A stretch of DNA of 63,168 bases, the filler included, from Octopus bimaculoides (taxonomy: Eukaryota), in the NCBI RefSeq assembly GCF_001194135.2. It is 5 parts of 5 records of this genome, joined end to end, with 100 filler letters (N's around TTAATTAATTAA, not from the genome) between each part and the next. Parts side by side here need not be neighbours in the genome. Positions count along the whole stretch, not along the records: positions 49,954 to 52,378 come from NC_068982.1; positions 52,479 to 63,168 come from NC_068983.1; 3 more parts are not named here. One strand, 5' to 3'. The position numbers and the translations under genes were made by a program. Shown one piece after another: positions 50,012 through 63,070 of the stretch; position 1 is the stretch's first letter; the number at the start of each line of letters is the position of its first letter. The notes below the pieces were generated by a model, which saw nothing but the letters and a program-made list of their open reading frames with translations, was not told the origin of the DNA and searched no databases.

Positions 50012-51049
50012 GTGTGTGTGTTGTGTGTATACACACAAAATATGTACAAACATATATACACAAACATTCGCGCCGACACATATATGGGATACCCTTAATA
50101 ATCAATTAGTCGAAAAATATATTCATGTTTCTTTCCCATATACTAAAATTCCTACAACCGTTTCTCTGAATAGTGTGATCTGCAAGTTCCATCTTCTAAA
50201 TGATATTATAGTTCATGAAGAAACCATGTGAGAAAAATCTTCCATGGTTTTTGAAAGTATATTTATGTGGTTTATATCGTAAATTGAATGGATTTACTGA
50301 ACATTTCTGAAACTGAATCATATGTTGTAAATATCATCCTGTTATCTAAGCGAAATTTTCGAAACCTTTAATTAATAAATGGATAATTTAGGCAATTAAA
50401 AATAATTGCAGAAACGGAAATAATTGTATGCAGAGAAATGTTTAAAATTTCTACTTTTAATATTTTCTATTACTGCAGCAAAATGATGTGTATAACTTAT
50501 ACCTAATGCAACACCTTTTCTTATAAAATATCTTGTGATATCTGTTTTGGTAGATACTTTAAACAAATTAAACAAACTGCTAGCAATACTTCAACTCACA
50601 TTAAGGACACCATGAACATTAAATCATATAAAAGCAGGTGAACAAGTAGGTTTTTTCGAAGATAGTCTTTGATGTGTTCAAAGCGTTTTTACACTGATAT
50701 TAAAGTTGTGTCTGTTTTTTTCCTTAGCGTGTATATTTTTTGAGATATGACAATTCAAATTTTGGTTCATTGCCTAACTTATAATTTGAGATTCAGCATA
50801 AGTGTTTTATATATTTATCTTTAAATTTACCCATAAATGCACAAATGTGATGATTGGTCTAATATATTGATTTTACAAGCACGTTTTCTTTTATTTCGTG
50901 ATTATAATATTTTCTAACCAAACTATCAACATATTTAGAAAATATAAAATACACCCAGATATTCTTTGCTTCACAAATATATCACATCGCATTATATCTT
51001 AAAAAGGTATAACGCTATATTTAACTGCGTAGCCAAGTGAAACCAAGTG

Positions 51050-51375
51050 TAACGTACTGAATTTGTCCAACGTGTGTCTATCAACTGTGTGATCAAAGGA
51101 CGTCAGAGGTCAATATATTAAATTTGTACAGTAAATGATTGTTAAGGCGGTCGAGAGAAGCCAGGGTCAACACATTAAATATGTAAAGTGAGTGTCTGTT
51201 AACTACATGGTCGATCAAAATCAGAGCAACGCTTTAAATCTGTACAGAAAGTGACTGTCAATTAGATGACAGAATTAGATGACAGAAAGCAGGAGTAATA
51301 AATTCAGTATGTACAGTAAATGACCGCCAAATAGATTGTAAGAGAAGCAAAGCTAACGTATTAAATTTGTATGAG
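51050..51375. repeat. Degenerate ~60-bp minisatellite, about 6 units
   Basis: (c/t)aacg/tattaaat(t/a/c)tgta core recurs near 51051, 51112, 51168, 51227, 51296 and 51355. Confidence 0.6.
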
Positions 51376-52149
51376 TTTCGAAGTTATTAATTCTGAAAAA
51401 GAAAATTCAAGTGGGAGCCATTACATGATCTTAAACCAGAGAGGTATCAAAAAATGAAACATTTCAGGAAACACTTGCAGTACTTGGGCTAAAAGTTTGG
51501 CATGCCTTCAAATGGGTTTGTGATAACTTCTTAAGAAATTATCGGCCTCTGGTGTCGATGTGATCGATTAAAATTCTTTCAGATGGTGCCCTAGCATGGC
51601 CGCAGTTCAATGACTGAAACTTAGTAAAAGAACAAAACGTGTTTATCTGTCTCTGTGTCTATATGTATCTCTATATGAAAGCATTCATTAATAGTTACTA
51701 TAAACACAGCCACGACGCAATAATGACAGTAAGTCTAATACAATAGAGTACGTCATGTCTAGCAGAAATGTCAGCGAACATTAAAGCTATTTGTGTTAGT
51801 CGTGATCAAAGGAACGCAGTGTTGCTGGAAATGTCTTCCGAACGGCCATTATAATGATGACCGGATTGAAAGCGAGTGAAACACAACGGAATTTTGTCCA
51901 TGTGAATCTAATTTGTCAGCAAACTTAATGAACAGATGAATATCTTTTCTAATGGACATTACACTTCATACGTTTAATGTGTTTTCATTTTCATTTCCGT
52001 CTCAAAACTTAACTAATTAACTGATATAGAGTAATGAGAGATTTCGTCACAGTAATGAAGCGTCCACCCCGCCTTCTCTCTCTCGCTTTTTCTGACTGAT
52101 TGTCGGTTTATTTTTCTGTCAGTATGTCTGTCCGCCTGTTTGTGTCTCA

Positions 52150-52287
52150 ATCTCAAAGACTCTTTCTCTCTCTCTCTTTTCCCTCTCTCTCTTTTCCCTC
52201 TCCCTCTCTTTCCCCCTCTCTCTTTCTCCCTCTCTCTCTTTCCCCTCTCTCTCTCTTTCTCCCCCCTCTCTCCGCCTGCTGATTGCA

Positions 52288-52365
<78 letters not shown>
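52150..52365. repeat. CT-rich and (TCTA)n microsatellite cluster
   Basis: Seen directly. Confidence 0.9.
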
Positions 52366-52939
52366 CGGACCCCTTTTANNNNNNNNNNNNNNNNNNNNNN
52401 NNNNNNNNNNNNNNNNNNNNNNTTAATTAATTAANNNNNNNNNNNNNNNNNNNNNNNNNNNNNNNNNNNNNNNNNNNNATATATATATATATATATATAT
52501 ATACGCCGGACCTCTTTCAGTTTCCATCTACCAAATCCACTCACAAGGCTTTGGTCGGCCCATACACACACATTAACACGTTTCGTTTGATACTATACAC
52601 ACCTAATGTTACAACTCAGTATACGTATACTTCAGAAAAAAGTGTCAGTCAAGTACTGAGTGTAAGAAGAGATTATATAAATGACAAGACATTAAGGAAT
52701 GAATTCTTATCTGAGTGTTTGCGTATCACCTTACTGCTTCGTCGGAGCTACATATATGACAAAACTGTAAGGTTATGCAGAAGCACTCAAATGTGAGTGC
52801 ATTACATCTAATAGCAGAAATGGTTAAGCTAATGAAGTTCATTATATAATTTCTTGTTCCTTTGTCGTTTATATAATGTCCTATTACGCTATACATATAT
52901 GGAGACTTACATGCATACATACACACACACACATACACA

Positions 52940-52999
<60 letters not shown>

Positions 53000-53071
53000 A
53001 ATGCGCTCAAACACACGCACACACATATATGTATATTGATATACGTATACATGTGCTCATACACACACACG

Positions 53072-53117
<46 letters not shown>

Positions 53118-53905
53118 TGTGTGTGTGCGTGTTTACATATATATATGTATATATGCTCGCATATATACGTGTTTGTGTGTATGCGTGAAATAGATCTAAT
53201 GGTAGTATATGTCAGTAATTTTGATATGAGAACTAATTGTATTAACTATAAAGTCTTTCAACACAGAATATTGACAAGATGTGAGACATTATGCACATAA
53301 GTTTATCTAGCTTTACCGGTCTCTCATGAAGTATTAAAGTTCCACTAATGATACGTCAAATAAAATAAATCTAACTGGTTAGTTCTCATCTCATTTGCTG
53401 TATGCACCAAATGCGCAATCGAAATAAATTAACGCCGAATGAAGTCTGTTAGTAACACTAAACTTTGGCTCTACTCTATCACTGTATGTGTGATTTAGAT
53501 GAGTAAAGAAGTTTCTTTATTAGAAATAGCTATAGGCTAAGGCTGTCCGCTTCAGTAAAAGTTAGCTTCGAGTTCAGTTACTCTGTGTGACATTTTGGGC
53601 AAGTGTCTTTTACTATAGCTCCGAGCGGATGAATTTATGAATTTGGTAGATAGATAGACATACATATAGACAGAAAGAGAGACAAACAGACAAATAAATA
53701 GATATATAGATATATGGACAGAGAGATAGATAGATAGTGAGAAAGACGGATAAATAGATAGATAGATAAATAGACAGACAGGCAGACATACCGATAGATG
53801 GAGAGATAGATAGTATATAAATAGACATAGATAGATAGATAGATACATACATACATACATACATACATAGACAGGCAGGCAGACAGACAGACATAGAGAT
53901 AGATG

Positions 53906-54166
53906 TTTCTTTATTAGCCACAAGGGGCTGAAAACAGAGGGTACAAAATACAATGTAAAGCTTTTCTTTTCGAAAAAAAAAAAGAGAACTATACAATTCC
54001 GATCAAAAGGGATCGTGAAAAAAAGAAGAAACGATCAAAGTGGATTGCCTATCTGAAGACATTAAAAACGTAAAAAGAAAGATTAGGTTTATCAGTTGAA
54101 AGAAAAACCCACGGAAAAGATCACGGTAACCGCAGGCACGGAGGGAAAGACACATGAGTACAAAGT

Positions 54167-54204
<38 letters not shown>

Positions 54205-54270
54205 NNNNNNNNNNNNNNNNNNNNNNNNNNNNNNNNNNNNNNNNNNNNNNNNNNNNNCTCTCTCCCTCTC

Positions 54271-54312
<42 letters not shown>

Positions 54313-55075
54313 TCTTTTCTCGATTTACCGGATCATGCTCAAAGCGGTTTCGTCATTTGCAAGTGCCATCTTTACTACATTCACCCACCTCTTATTGAAA
54401 CTTACACGAGACAAAATTTGCCTCTGTATTCTCACTTTCCTTTTCAAGTGGTACTTGAAAACGTTAATGCGCGATTGGCCAGAGAGGAATAAGTTTGTCT
54501 CTAAACCTTTCGCTCGAGTCCACCAAACACATTCTTTCACCATGGCCACCAGTACCATGAGCACTACCTTGACTTCCTGGTGAGGGAAGGTGGCAGAGCG
54601 ATTTTCACGACAAACGAACTTATCCCACACATGACAGCAGCCATTCGGCATATGCCCACAGGTCCGAAATGATTGGACACTGAACGAGTGTGTGCATAAC
54701 GGTTCCGTCGCTCTGACCGTATCTCGGGCATGTCGGTCTGGTGTGTCTCGAACCGTGCCTGTAGAGCTTATCCCAAACAGGTAATGCTTCTCGATGGCAC
54801 TGCCAGGCCAGGGATCTCTGGTGATTGTCCATAGGTCCTGGCTCGAAAGTTGTCCCGAGCAGGCGAGTCAGGTGTTCTTAGTCGACGCCCAGATTGTGCC
54901 AGAGAACGTCGTCGCACCTCCCGTCCATTAATCCTCCATAGAACGCCTTTACGGAATTGCATTCGCACAAATTTGGTTCCAGACGGTAGAGTTGCTTGAA
55001 AGCAAGTCGACACACGTGGTGCCATTTGCCTGCAGATTCTATGATTTAATGTCATTTAACAGGTAGCCTTGTTTC
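53906..55075 (-). mobile_element. L1/Tx1-clade LINE 3' fragment
   Basis: Minus strand LAWQCHREALPVWDKLYRHG...PTCPRYGQSDGTVMHTLVQCP (zf-RVT-like CCHC). 3' end at ...aataaagaaac. Interrupted by (CT)n and a gap. Confidence 0.8.
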
Positions 55076-57761
55076 CAAGGCGGCCCCAAGCTACGTACAT
55101 TGATACTACCTATTTTGAGCATGTTCCTATCGAGAGTTGTGTTTTACACAAGAAAGGAAGACGAAAGAGAAAGAGAGAGAGTCACTGTCCGACAGTTGTT
55201 TGTCCTTCTCCTCACAGTATTCTCCCAGAATGTTTCTGTATAGTTATTTAGACAGGAATTTTTGAAGTCACCCTACTGCATCCGGGTAGAGACATTTCAG
55301 TGTACTGTGTGTGTGTTCTGTGTTATGTGTATGATTTTAATGTGGTGTGGTATTGTTATACGTGGGGTGATTCTTTGTTTTGGTATCATTTTCTGCCATC
55401 TTGGTGTCTGACGTAATGTATGCCATTAGGTCTAGATTGTCGAATCCAGTGTCAATCTAAGCTCCTACTGAGGAATTTTTCACACGTTAATTATATTTCA
55501 AGGTAGTATGGATAAATTGCTATCTGATTCGCATGACAATTCTGATATCTGTTATGGTTTTTATTTACTTTTTTTCTACATTGTTACATAATATAAGCAT
55601 GGAATGTAAACAAAAATACTAATTGCATCATGATAATGATAATTTCGTCAGTACTTCAATATAATACTGGCAAAAAAAAAGATCCCTATTTTCAATATTA
55701 TACTGATTTCTTCATTTAGTCTCGGAAACAAATCATTAAACGGTGGGCTCAATCGATTCAATAAATCTCAGTCAGTAACTAATGCATTATTTTATCGATC
55801 CCGCCGCTGAGAATACGTACCAAAAATAACATCAATGGGATTTAGGCACAAAACAAAATAAGTTCAAAACATTTCTGCAAATACTTTGCCCCAGGCTTAA
55901 ATTATTTCACTCACTAATCCAAAGCTATTAAATCTAGCTTCAGAATTGTTTCTAATATAGTTACAAGGCAAAAGAGTTAGGACAGAAAGTGAGTTAGTCG
56001 ATTAAATCGACTCTGTTTCTTGTCTGGTACTAAACTCTTTTTATCTCAAAAGTATGAATAGATTCGAAGTCAGAAGCAAATCAGACGGTGCAAACACCGC
56101 GAGGTATTTTGTGCCTTGCCAATCACTCGCAATTTATTTAATATTCTAATATACGGAGCTGTTTTACGATGTTGTATATAGAAAAAATTGCTTCACAGAG
56201 TCATATTTTCATATTCGACTCTCAACAGCAGCTTGTTTTTTTTCCTTTCTAGGTCCCGCAAAATTTCATGGAAGATGAAAGCATGCTTTCATGATAAATA
56301 GTGTGCGCTACAGTTTTACTAACCCTCCTATAGTTCTGAACATTCTGACTACTTCGTAAATGAGAGAGAGAAGAGAGAGGCACGCAGAAACACAGACAGA
56401 GACGGAAAAATGACGGGGAAGGCTTTAGACAGTCAGAAAAATAGAAACAGAGAGAGCAAAAGAGAAAGATAATCAATTCCTAGTTAAGACTATTAATAGA
56501 AAAATGTCCTCAGACAAATCTACTGTGAAAGATTACAAAAGATGAATTAACTCTTTGGTGGGAATTGAACTCAGTGTGTTGAGTTTATTTATAAACCACA
56601 GTAGTGCATTTAATCTCCTACCTTAACGACTCGATTCACTGTATAAGTTTCTAAACTCATACACAGATCTCAAAAACAAACAAAAGGTCATTAGATCGTG
56701 TGATCAAGAGCAAACTGTATATTACATCATAGTTTTTGAACATACACGGAAGGCTTGGAGCTCCAAAACATCAACTACAAGTTGAAAGTTGTGACTACTT
56801 AAATCACTTGAGAATTTCAAATATTTGTATTCATATATAAGACTTGAAGAAAAGAAACATGCTGAAAATAGGAACCGGTCCAGTCTGTGAACCTTGAGTC
56901 ATACTTTCAATTGGAATATGAAAATTTATATTCATAATTACTGTATGCGATAAACTGATACAATTTCAGTACAAATTAGGCTATTACACTTTATTTCAAT
57001 GTGAGATAGGCTGTTAAACAATTGTAAAATGAAATAAGGCTGTTACATAAGACAGCATAATGAAATTATATTGTAACACAAAGGCATTTTAAGGGCATCA
57101 TAAAGTAAATTAATGAGCAATAAACCAGTTAACCAAAATGATGAACCAAACAGCTTTTAAACTGAATCAAGTTTAATACATAATACTGAAGTTATTTCTT
57201 CATTATTTCTTTGTTTTTAATTTTCAGTTATTTCCTCATCCTTGGCAGACTCTCTAGAATTTAGTGCAAAATGTATTGCCGTGGTATTTGCTTGCCTATT
57301 ATATTAAGTTTCTCTGATCAAATAATTCAACTGAGCAATTTTTACTTTCATTCTTCTCTTCTAGTCAGGTTCTGAGATTTCCTTAATTGATTAAACCCTT
57401 CTCTTAAAACATGTGGCCGTGTCTTTGTGTTAGGAATTATAATAATTGTTAGAATATGATTGTGGGACAATGCCTCGATAGAAATAAGTATGGATTTTAC
57501 GTGTATGGCATGCACCCGATGCTCTAACAATCAGGACCCTCTCCGTGTAAATTAACTCTTCACTCCACATGCTTTCCAAAAAAAAATTCCATTTTATATT
57601 CTCTGTAGAACCTTCTATTCTTTTACAACTTATCCCGTTTGATGTAAATATTTCACAAGGTGGTGTTTATTTGATCAATATATTTTAAACCATATTTTCC
57701 CAACTTCTCTGTGTATTTACCATGATCATTCATCTTCCAATTTACTGACTCTCAGAATTTT

Positions 57762-58962
57762 CTTCTATGTACTGGACCCAGTTTTTTTTTTCTAATACCT
57801 TTTATAATATTCCTTTCATTATGACATTTGCATGACCGGCCTTCCCTTTTGTAGCTCTCTCTCTCTTTCAATAATCGTATCCTTTATGCGTGTATATATA
57901 TACTCAATAATAATAAAGGGTAAAATTAAATAATTAATTCATAATTAATAATTTTACCAAGTAGGTCGGTATGTTAAAATAACTTTAATCGGTAACCTTA
58001 TACAAAAATTCTATAATTATAAGCATAATTATAATTAGGGTTGAGCAAATTGCTTCACGATATACCGAAATTTAGAAATATCAGTTAAAAAGTATTCCTC
58101 TACCATATGATATCTCCCAGACAGCAATACTCTTATTTTACGTAGGTAAAGAGAAAACATAACGAATCTACACGACTTTGATTAACCACATTTTTTTCTC
58201 TTTATCTACGTAAAATAAGAGTATTGCTGTCTGGGAGATATCTTATGATAGAGAAATACTTTTTAACTGATATTTCTACTTCTTCACCCCTTCCTTGCTG
58301 TCTGGGAGATATCTTATGATAGAGAAATACTTTTTAACTGATATTTCTACTTCTTCACCCCTTCCTTCCTGTATTAAGGCTTGACCTCTTAACCCTACAC
58401 ACATCTCTCACTTGATTTGGGCTATCCTTTGAGTAAACAACACACAGAATACTCCGGATACGATATAATATATATCCACCTTCGCTATTACAATTATCTC
58501 CGGAAAATACCCACAAGGATTCTTTGCATGGATGTTTACTGCTGGAATGGAGCTATACTCTAAGTACTGTTTCTTCTTTGTTCTTTTTTCTGCGCATCGC
58601 TCTCACTTCTTACTACAAATCTCCTCTTATAGATGTAATAATCCATTATTGTACTATTGCCGTCTCCGATGAAGGGATACATTGGATTTTCCCTGAAACA
58701 GCTGTAAGACATTATCCATAAAATATAATTCTAACTTTGCTATTGGTCTCTTCATCCTTTTCTTTATTTATACATACATTAATTATGAATTAATTATTTA
58801 ATTTTACCCTTTATTATTATTGAGTATATATATACACGCATAAAGGATACGATTATTGAAAGAGAGAGAGCTACAAAAGGGAAGGCCGGTCATGCAAATC
58901 TCATAATGAAAGGAATGTTATAAAAGATATTAGAAAAAAAAACTGGGTCCAGTACATAGAAG
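57762..58962 (+). mobile_element. 1.2-kb element with ~185-bp inverted terminal arms, nested hairpin, tandem duplication and HHR
   Basis: Arms 57762-57949 and 58778-58962 differ by 3 substitutions and 2 small indels. Inner inverted repeat 58073-58157/58194-58278, 71-bp tandem duplication 58224-58366, HHR at 58662-58710. Confidence 0.75.
58662..58710 (+). ncRNA. Minimal type I hammerhead motif with one core substitution (U4C)
   Basis: GTCT-CCGATGA-AGGGA(TACATTGGATTT)TCCCT-GAAAC-AGCT-GTA-AGAC: stems I and II pair perfectly, palindromic stem III ACAGCTGT, GUA triplet. Confidence 0.7.
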
Positions 58963-59163
58963 TTAAAGTCTGTCATACCGGCCATGATGAAATACCACAA
59001 GGTATAGAAAATATGAAATACCACAAGGAATATAAATAAAACATAAAAAACGGACAGTGTTGGAACTCTTTTAAACAAAATAATATATTCCTCTATACAC
59101 AATCATACAAAACCCCCTTTTTTTGGATTTATTTTTACTCGCATATATATACATATATATATA

Positions 59164-60461
59164 CGAAGGGGTATACAGAAGAAACCGGAATTTTGCAATG
59201 TTATATTATTCAGTTAGTTTTACATATTTACACTTTTATCGCCTACAAAGTATTCTCCGTTTGAAACAATGCAGCAGCCCAGATGCGTTTTCCACTGTTC
59301 GAAGCAGTTCTAGAACTCTTGCGAAGTGATGTTTTTTAACGCCTCGTCTTTTTTCTTCACCTCTTCTACATCTGCAAACCTTTTTCTTTGAAGAACTTTT
59401 TTCATTCGGCGGGTGGTGGTGGGGACACAAAATAAGTTACAGGGAACAAGACTGAGTGAATGGGGAGGATGGATGAACGGGGTCAAGCCATTTTTGGTCA
59501 AAAACTGTCTCATATCTAAGGCGGTGTGCGAAGGTAAATTGCCGTGATAAAACCACCACTCTTCACTTTGAGACCCGTCGGGGGATTTTCATCTCGCCGC
59601 GTCTCGCAAATGCTTCAGGACTGTCAAGTAAAATGTTTGTGTAACAGTTTGACTAGAAGGAACAACTTCTGTTTGGATAATTCCTTTTGCATGAATGAAA
59701 CCAATCAGTATCGTCTTGATATTAGACTTCACTTGACGCAATGGAGTGCGTGGTGACATAGAATGCTTCCAATGGCTTGATAGTGGCTTCATTTCCAGGG
59801 CGCAACCGTCGTAGCATTAGCGTTCGTCACCAGTGATGACCTTCAGAAAAAGGTTCGGATCAACTTCCAACTGTTTTTTTCAGTTGATGACACTTATGAC
59901 TGCTCTTGATCTTCCGAGAGCAAGTGAGACACACATTTTGTTGCAACTCTTTTCATTCGCAATCTCTGGCTTAAAATTCGTTGAGAGGAGCTCCAGGATA
60001 TACCAGTCATATCAACAAGTTCATCAGTTGTTCAGCGAACGTCCTCCAGGATCAGTTCATGAATTTCCGTGATGTTTTCATTCGTTCGGGAGGTCGACGG
60101 TCGGCCTCAAGGAGGTTGGTCTTCAAGCGACAAGTAACCATTCCTGATGTGTGAATGCCACTGGTAAACAAGACATTTGCTCGTGGTAGCGCCCTTGTAA
60201 GCTTTTGAAGCATGAGAAATGCTTCAGCGCTATTTTCCCTTGCAGGAAACAGCAGATCGCTGGTTCTTCGTTTCCGCCATCGCAAAGAACGGCAAACAAG
60301 AGAGAAGCAATGCAAAACTAAGATGCACTATGTGACAGTACGACATAGCCGAACGACGCTGGTCACCAGACTGATGCCCAAGGGTCGTAAATAGCGGTGG
60401 AAGCCTGAATTACAACGGACTTGTCTCACAGAGAACGTTTCAAGTTTCTTTTGGCTACCGC

Positions 60462-60465
<4 letters not shown>
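59164..60465 (-). mobile_element. Full-length (1.3 kb) decayed mariner element
   Basis: ta|cgaaggggtatacagaagaaac ... gtttcttttggctaccgcctca|ta. Minus-strand relics MAETKNQRSA, VITGDE, HPPHSLSLVPCNLF (YSPDLAPCD-like). Confidence 0.9.
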
Positions 60466-60518
<53 letters not shown>

Positions 60519-61394
60519 CCAATTAGTTCGAATACAGTAATTAAATTAAATCAATTTAATTTCAGTTTTCATATCGAGACTGGTTAATTGGGTATTTCCC
60601 CAGAGAAGAATTTCCTAAAAGGGAGTTACATTTTAATGTGTTGGTTGACCTACGACAGACTCGGATGTGTGCGTTTTAGAATATGTGCGTCGTTTAAAAC
60701 ACCGCTATTTTCATATATATGTACATATAAACAAATACGTCTGACATATTTGTGTGCGTGCATGCATAATACATGATGGTTTTTCTCTATTTTCATCCTT
60801 TTGTCATTCATAAATATTTTAAATATTTATATATATCAATGCAAAACTAGGATGCTAGCATCCCTTAAAGGATTATAGGTACTTGACACAATTATATATA
60901 TATATATTATATGTCCAGTTATTAATTTTATTGTATTAGTGTAACATTGTCCGTTTTTTCCGTCCTTGTTTTTGCATATATTCGCTGCTTTCTTCCAAAC
61001 TTTAACCATTTTGAAACTTTCTCTCGTCATGTATTTACTAGAATGTTTCTCTCACTGCACCCATTTCTGAACACTTTCCTCTACGTTATTCTGATTCCGC
61101 GCCCCACTCTGATATTTAGCACAGTCAAAACCCACTCCAATTACATCCAGCAGGATATGAGTTGTGGTTCCACTCCATTGAACAACATTTCTACACCGCC
61201 TCAGACTTATTTTCTTCTCTCCTTTTCACCACCCATCTCTTTCCTCGTTCCTCTCTCTTGTGATCAATATCTGTATGTCCGAAACGACAAAATCACTTTT
61301 CCTTCCGTTTCTCAAACGGAAATACACCCCCCCCACACACACACACACGCAATGATATGCATATGTGTGTGTATTTGTGTATGTGCATACAATA

Positions 61395-62590
61395 CTGGCT
61401 AGAAAAAATCCCAAATGACATACCTGACCGAATCGGAAAAGAATTCATCGTTGAAGGCATAAAATCCAACCTACAGAACAACTTCCTCAACTTCAACGAG
61501 AACACTTATAGACAAAAGTTGGGCATGATGTTGGGAGCGAGAGTAGCCACTACCTTTGTCAACCTTGTCTTGGCATACTTGGAAGTTCAAATATACGAGA
61601 ACGCTAGATTGAAATTTGGAGACAACTTCCACAAATACTTACTCACCGACAGGAAACGCTATTTGGATGACTGTTTCATTCTTTTCCCACATAAACTTGA
61701 ACAACTCTTAAAATTTAAAAACTTAATCAACCCCATTAACCACAGTATCCAATTCACAATAGGATACAGCTACAAGCAACTACCCTTCCTGAGCAACTAA
61801 TCATACGAAGAGAACCTGAAATTGAAACTGACATCTTCTTCAGACCGACGGACTCAAAACAATATCTTCTATTCACCTCCTGCCACACTAAACATACTAA
61901 AATATATAGAGAAGAATTTGCATGATTGCATCAAAATCCGAAACCAGGGAAAAGCGACTCAAAGAACTTAAAAACACATTACTTGATAGAAAGTACCCGG
62001 CTAGTCTAATCAAAAACGGAATGGAGCGTGACAAAAATGATAGACATCGGAAAACAATAAAACATCATGACACTCGTGAAACTTTAGCTTACGTATCAAC
62101 ACATAATCCGAGGAACATAGAAGCAAACAGCATCATCCACTAATAACATACCCCTCCTACTGAATGACGTGCGAATGAAAAAGGCACTGGAAGCACATAG
62201 CATTATTAAAAACAAGAGAGAACCGAAATCCCTAAAAACGTTATTCACCAGGGCCAAATTAGCCACCAAAACTACAATACCACTAGTCAAATAGTGCAAC
62301 CGCCATAACTGCGGCACTTGCCTCTTCCTCTTAGAGTCTCAACATACAAATTTATGTCACGTCACACTTTTTCCATAATAAATAACTTCACATGTGCTTC
62401 AAAACACCATACAATAACACCATACAAACACCAGTTGATGACGTCAACTAACCCTAGACCATTGAGATTTTACAAATACCAGTTGAAGACATCACCTAAG
62501 ACAAGACCAATGAAATTTTACTTCCGATCAAAACGGAACTTCAGCAAATACAACAGAATGGATTTGTCGGGTTGCCAGTATGGCCAATGA
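61395..62590 (+). mobile_element. Penelope-like element, decayed RT/thumb and start of the GIY-YIG linker
   Basis: Translated pieces YRQKLGMMLGARVATTFVNLVLAYLE, RYLDDCF, IQFT...LPFL, TDIFFRPTDSKQYLLFTSCH, RLKELKNTLLDRKYP, YVSTHNP, CNRHNCGTC. Multiple frameshifts and stops. Confidence 0.9.
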
Positions 62591-62963
62591 AAGGACACGC
62601 AATATATATTTGGTGTTTACTTCAGTTCTATTTCATATTAATTGTATTTCGGCTAGAGTTCTTTTGTCACACTTCTGTGATTTCATCAGTAAATTAAAAA
62701 AAAGAAAGAAAGCGAATGACCACTGATGAATACCCAGAAGTGTGACGAAAGAACTCTGAAGCAAGTGAACACCAAATGCGTTTGCTTTCATTGGCTAAAC
62801 TGGCAACATGGCCATCCCCAAATAGAACAATATATATATATATATATATTATAAGTGCCATATTAGGACTAGGATCGATGCAATGAACTCACTCCCGTCC
62901 CCGAAACTGGTACCCGTATGACGAAATTTGAAAACCATGTATGTACATATATATATATATATA

Positions 62964-63070
62964 CTAGCAGAAATACCCGGCTTTGCCCGGGTTAAAGAGA
63001 ATAATGAAATCTAAAAACGCCGTCTAGACTACGCAACCCTCAACTGTTAGTAGCTACGATACCATATTTC
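62964..63070 (-). mobile_element. Helitron 3' terminus (minus strand)
   Basis: a|ctagcagaaatacccggctttgcccggg is the reverse complement of hairpin + CTAG|t. Confidence 0.55.

Noticed and set aside
19567-52434. TTAATTAATTAA islands centred in N runs (19567, 40736, 49898, 52423)
   Set aside because: Each is a 12-bp palindrome with stops in all six frames, centred in a ~100-bp N block. This is an artificial scaffolding linker, not biology.
56253-57300. Acceptor-like sites at ~56253 and ~57230 as exons of a second gene
   Set aside because: Frames close within 10-20 codons, with no recognisable homology and no coherent exon chain.
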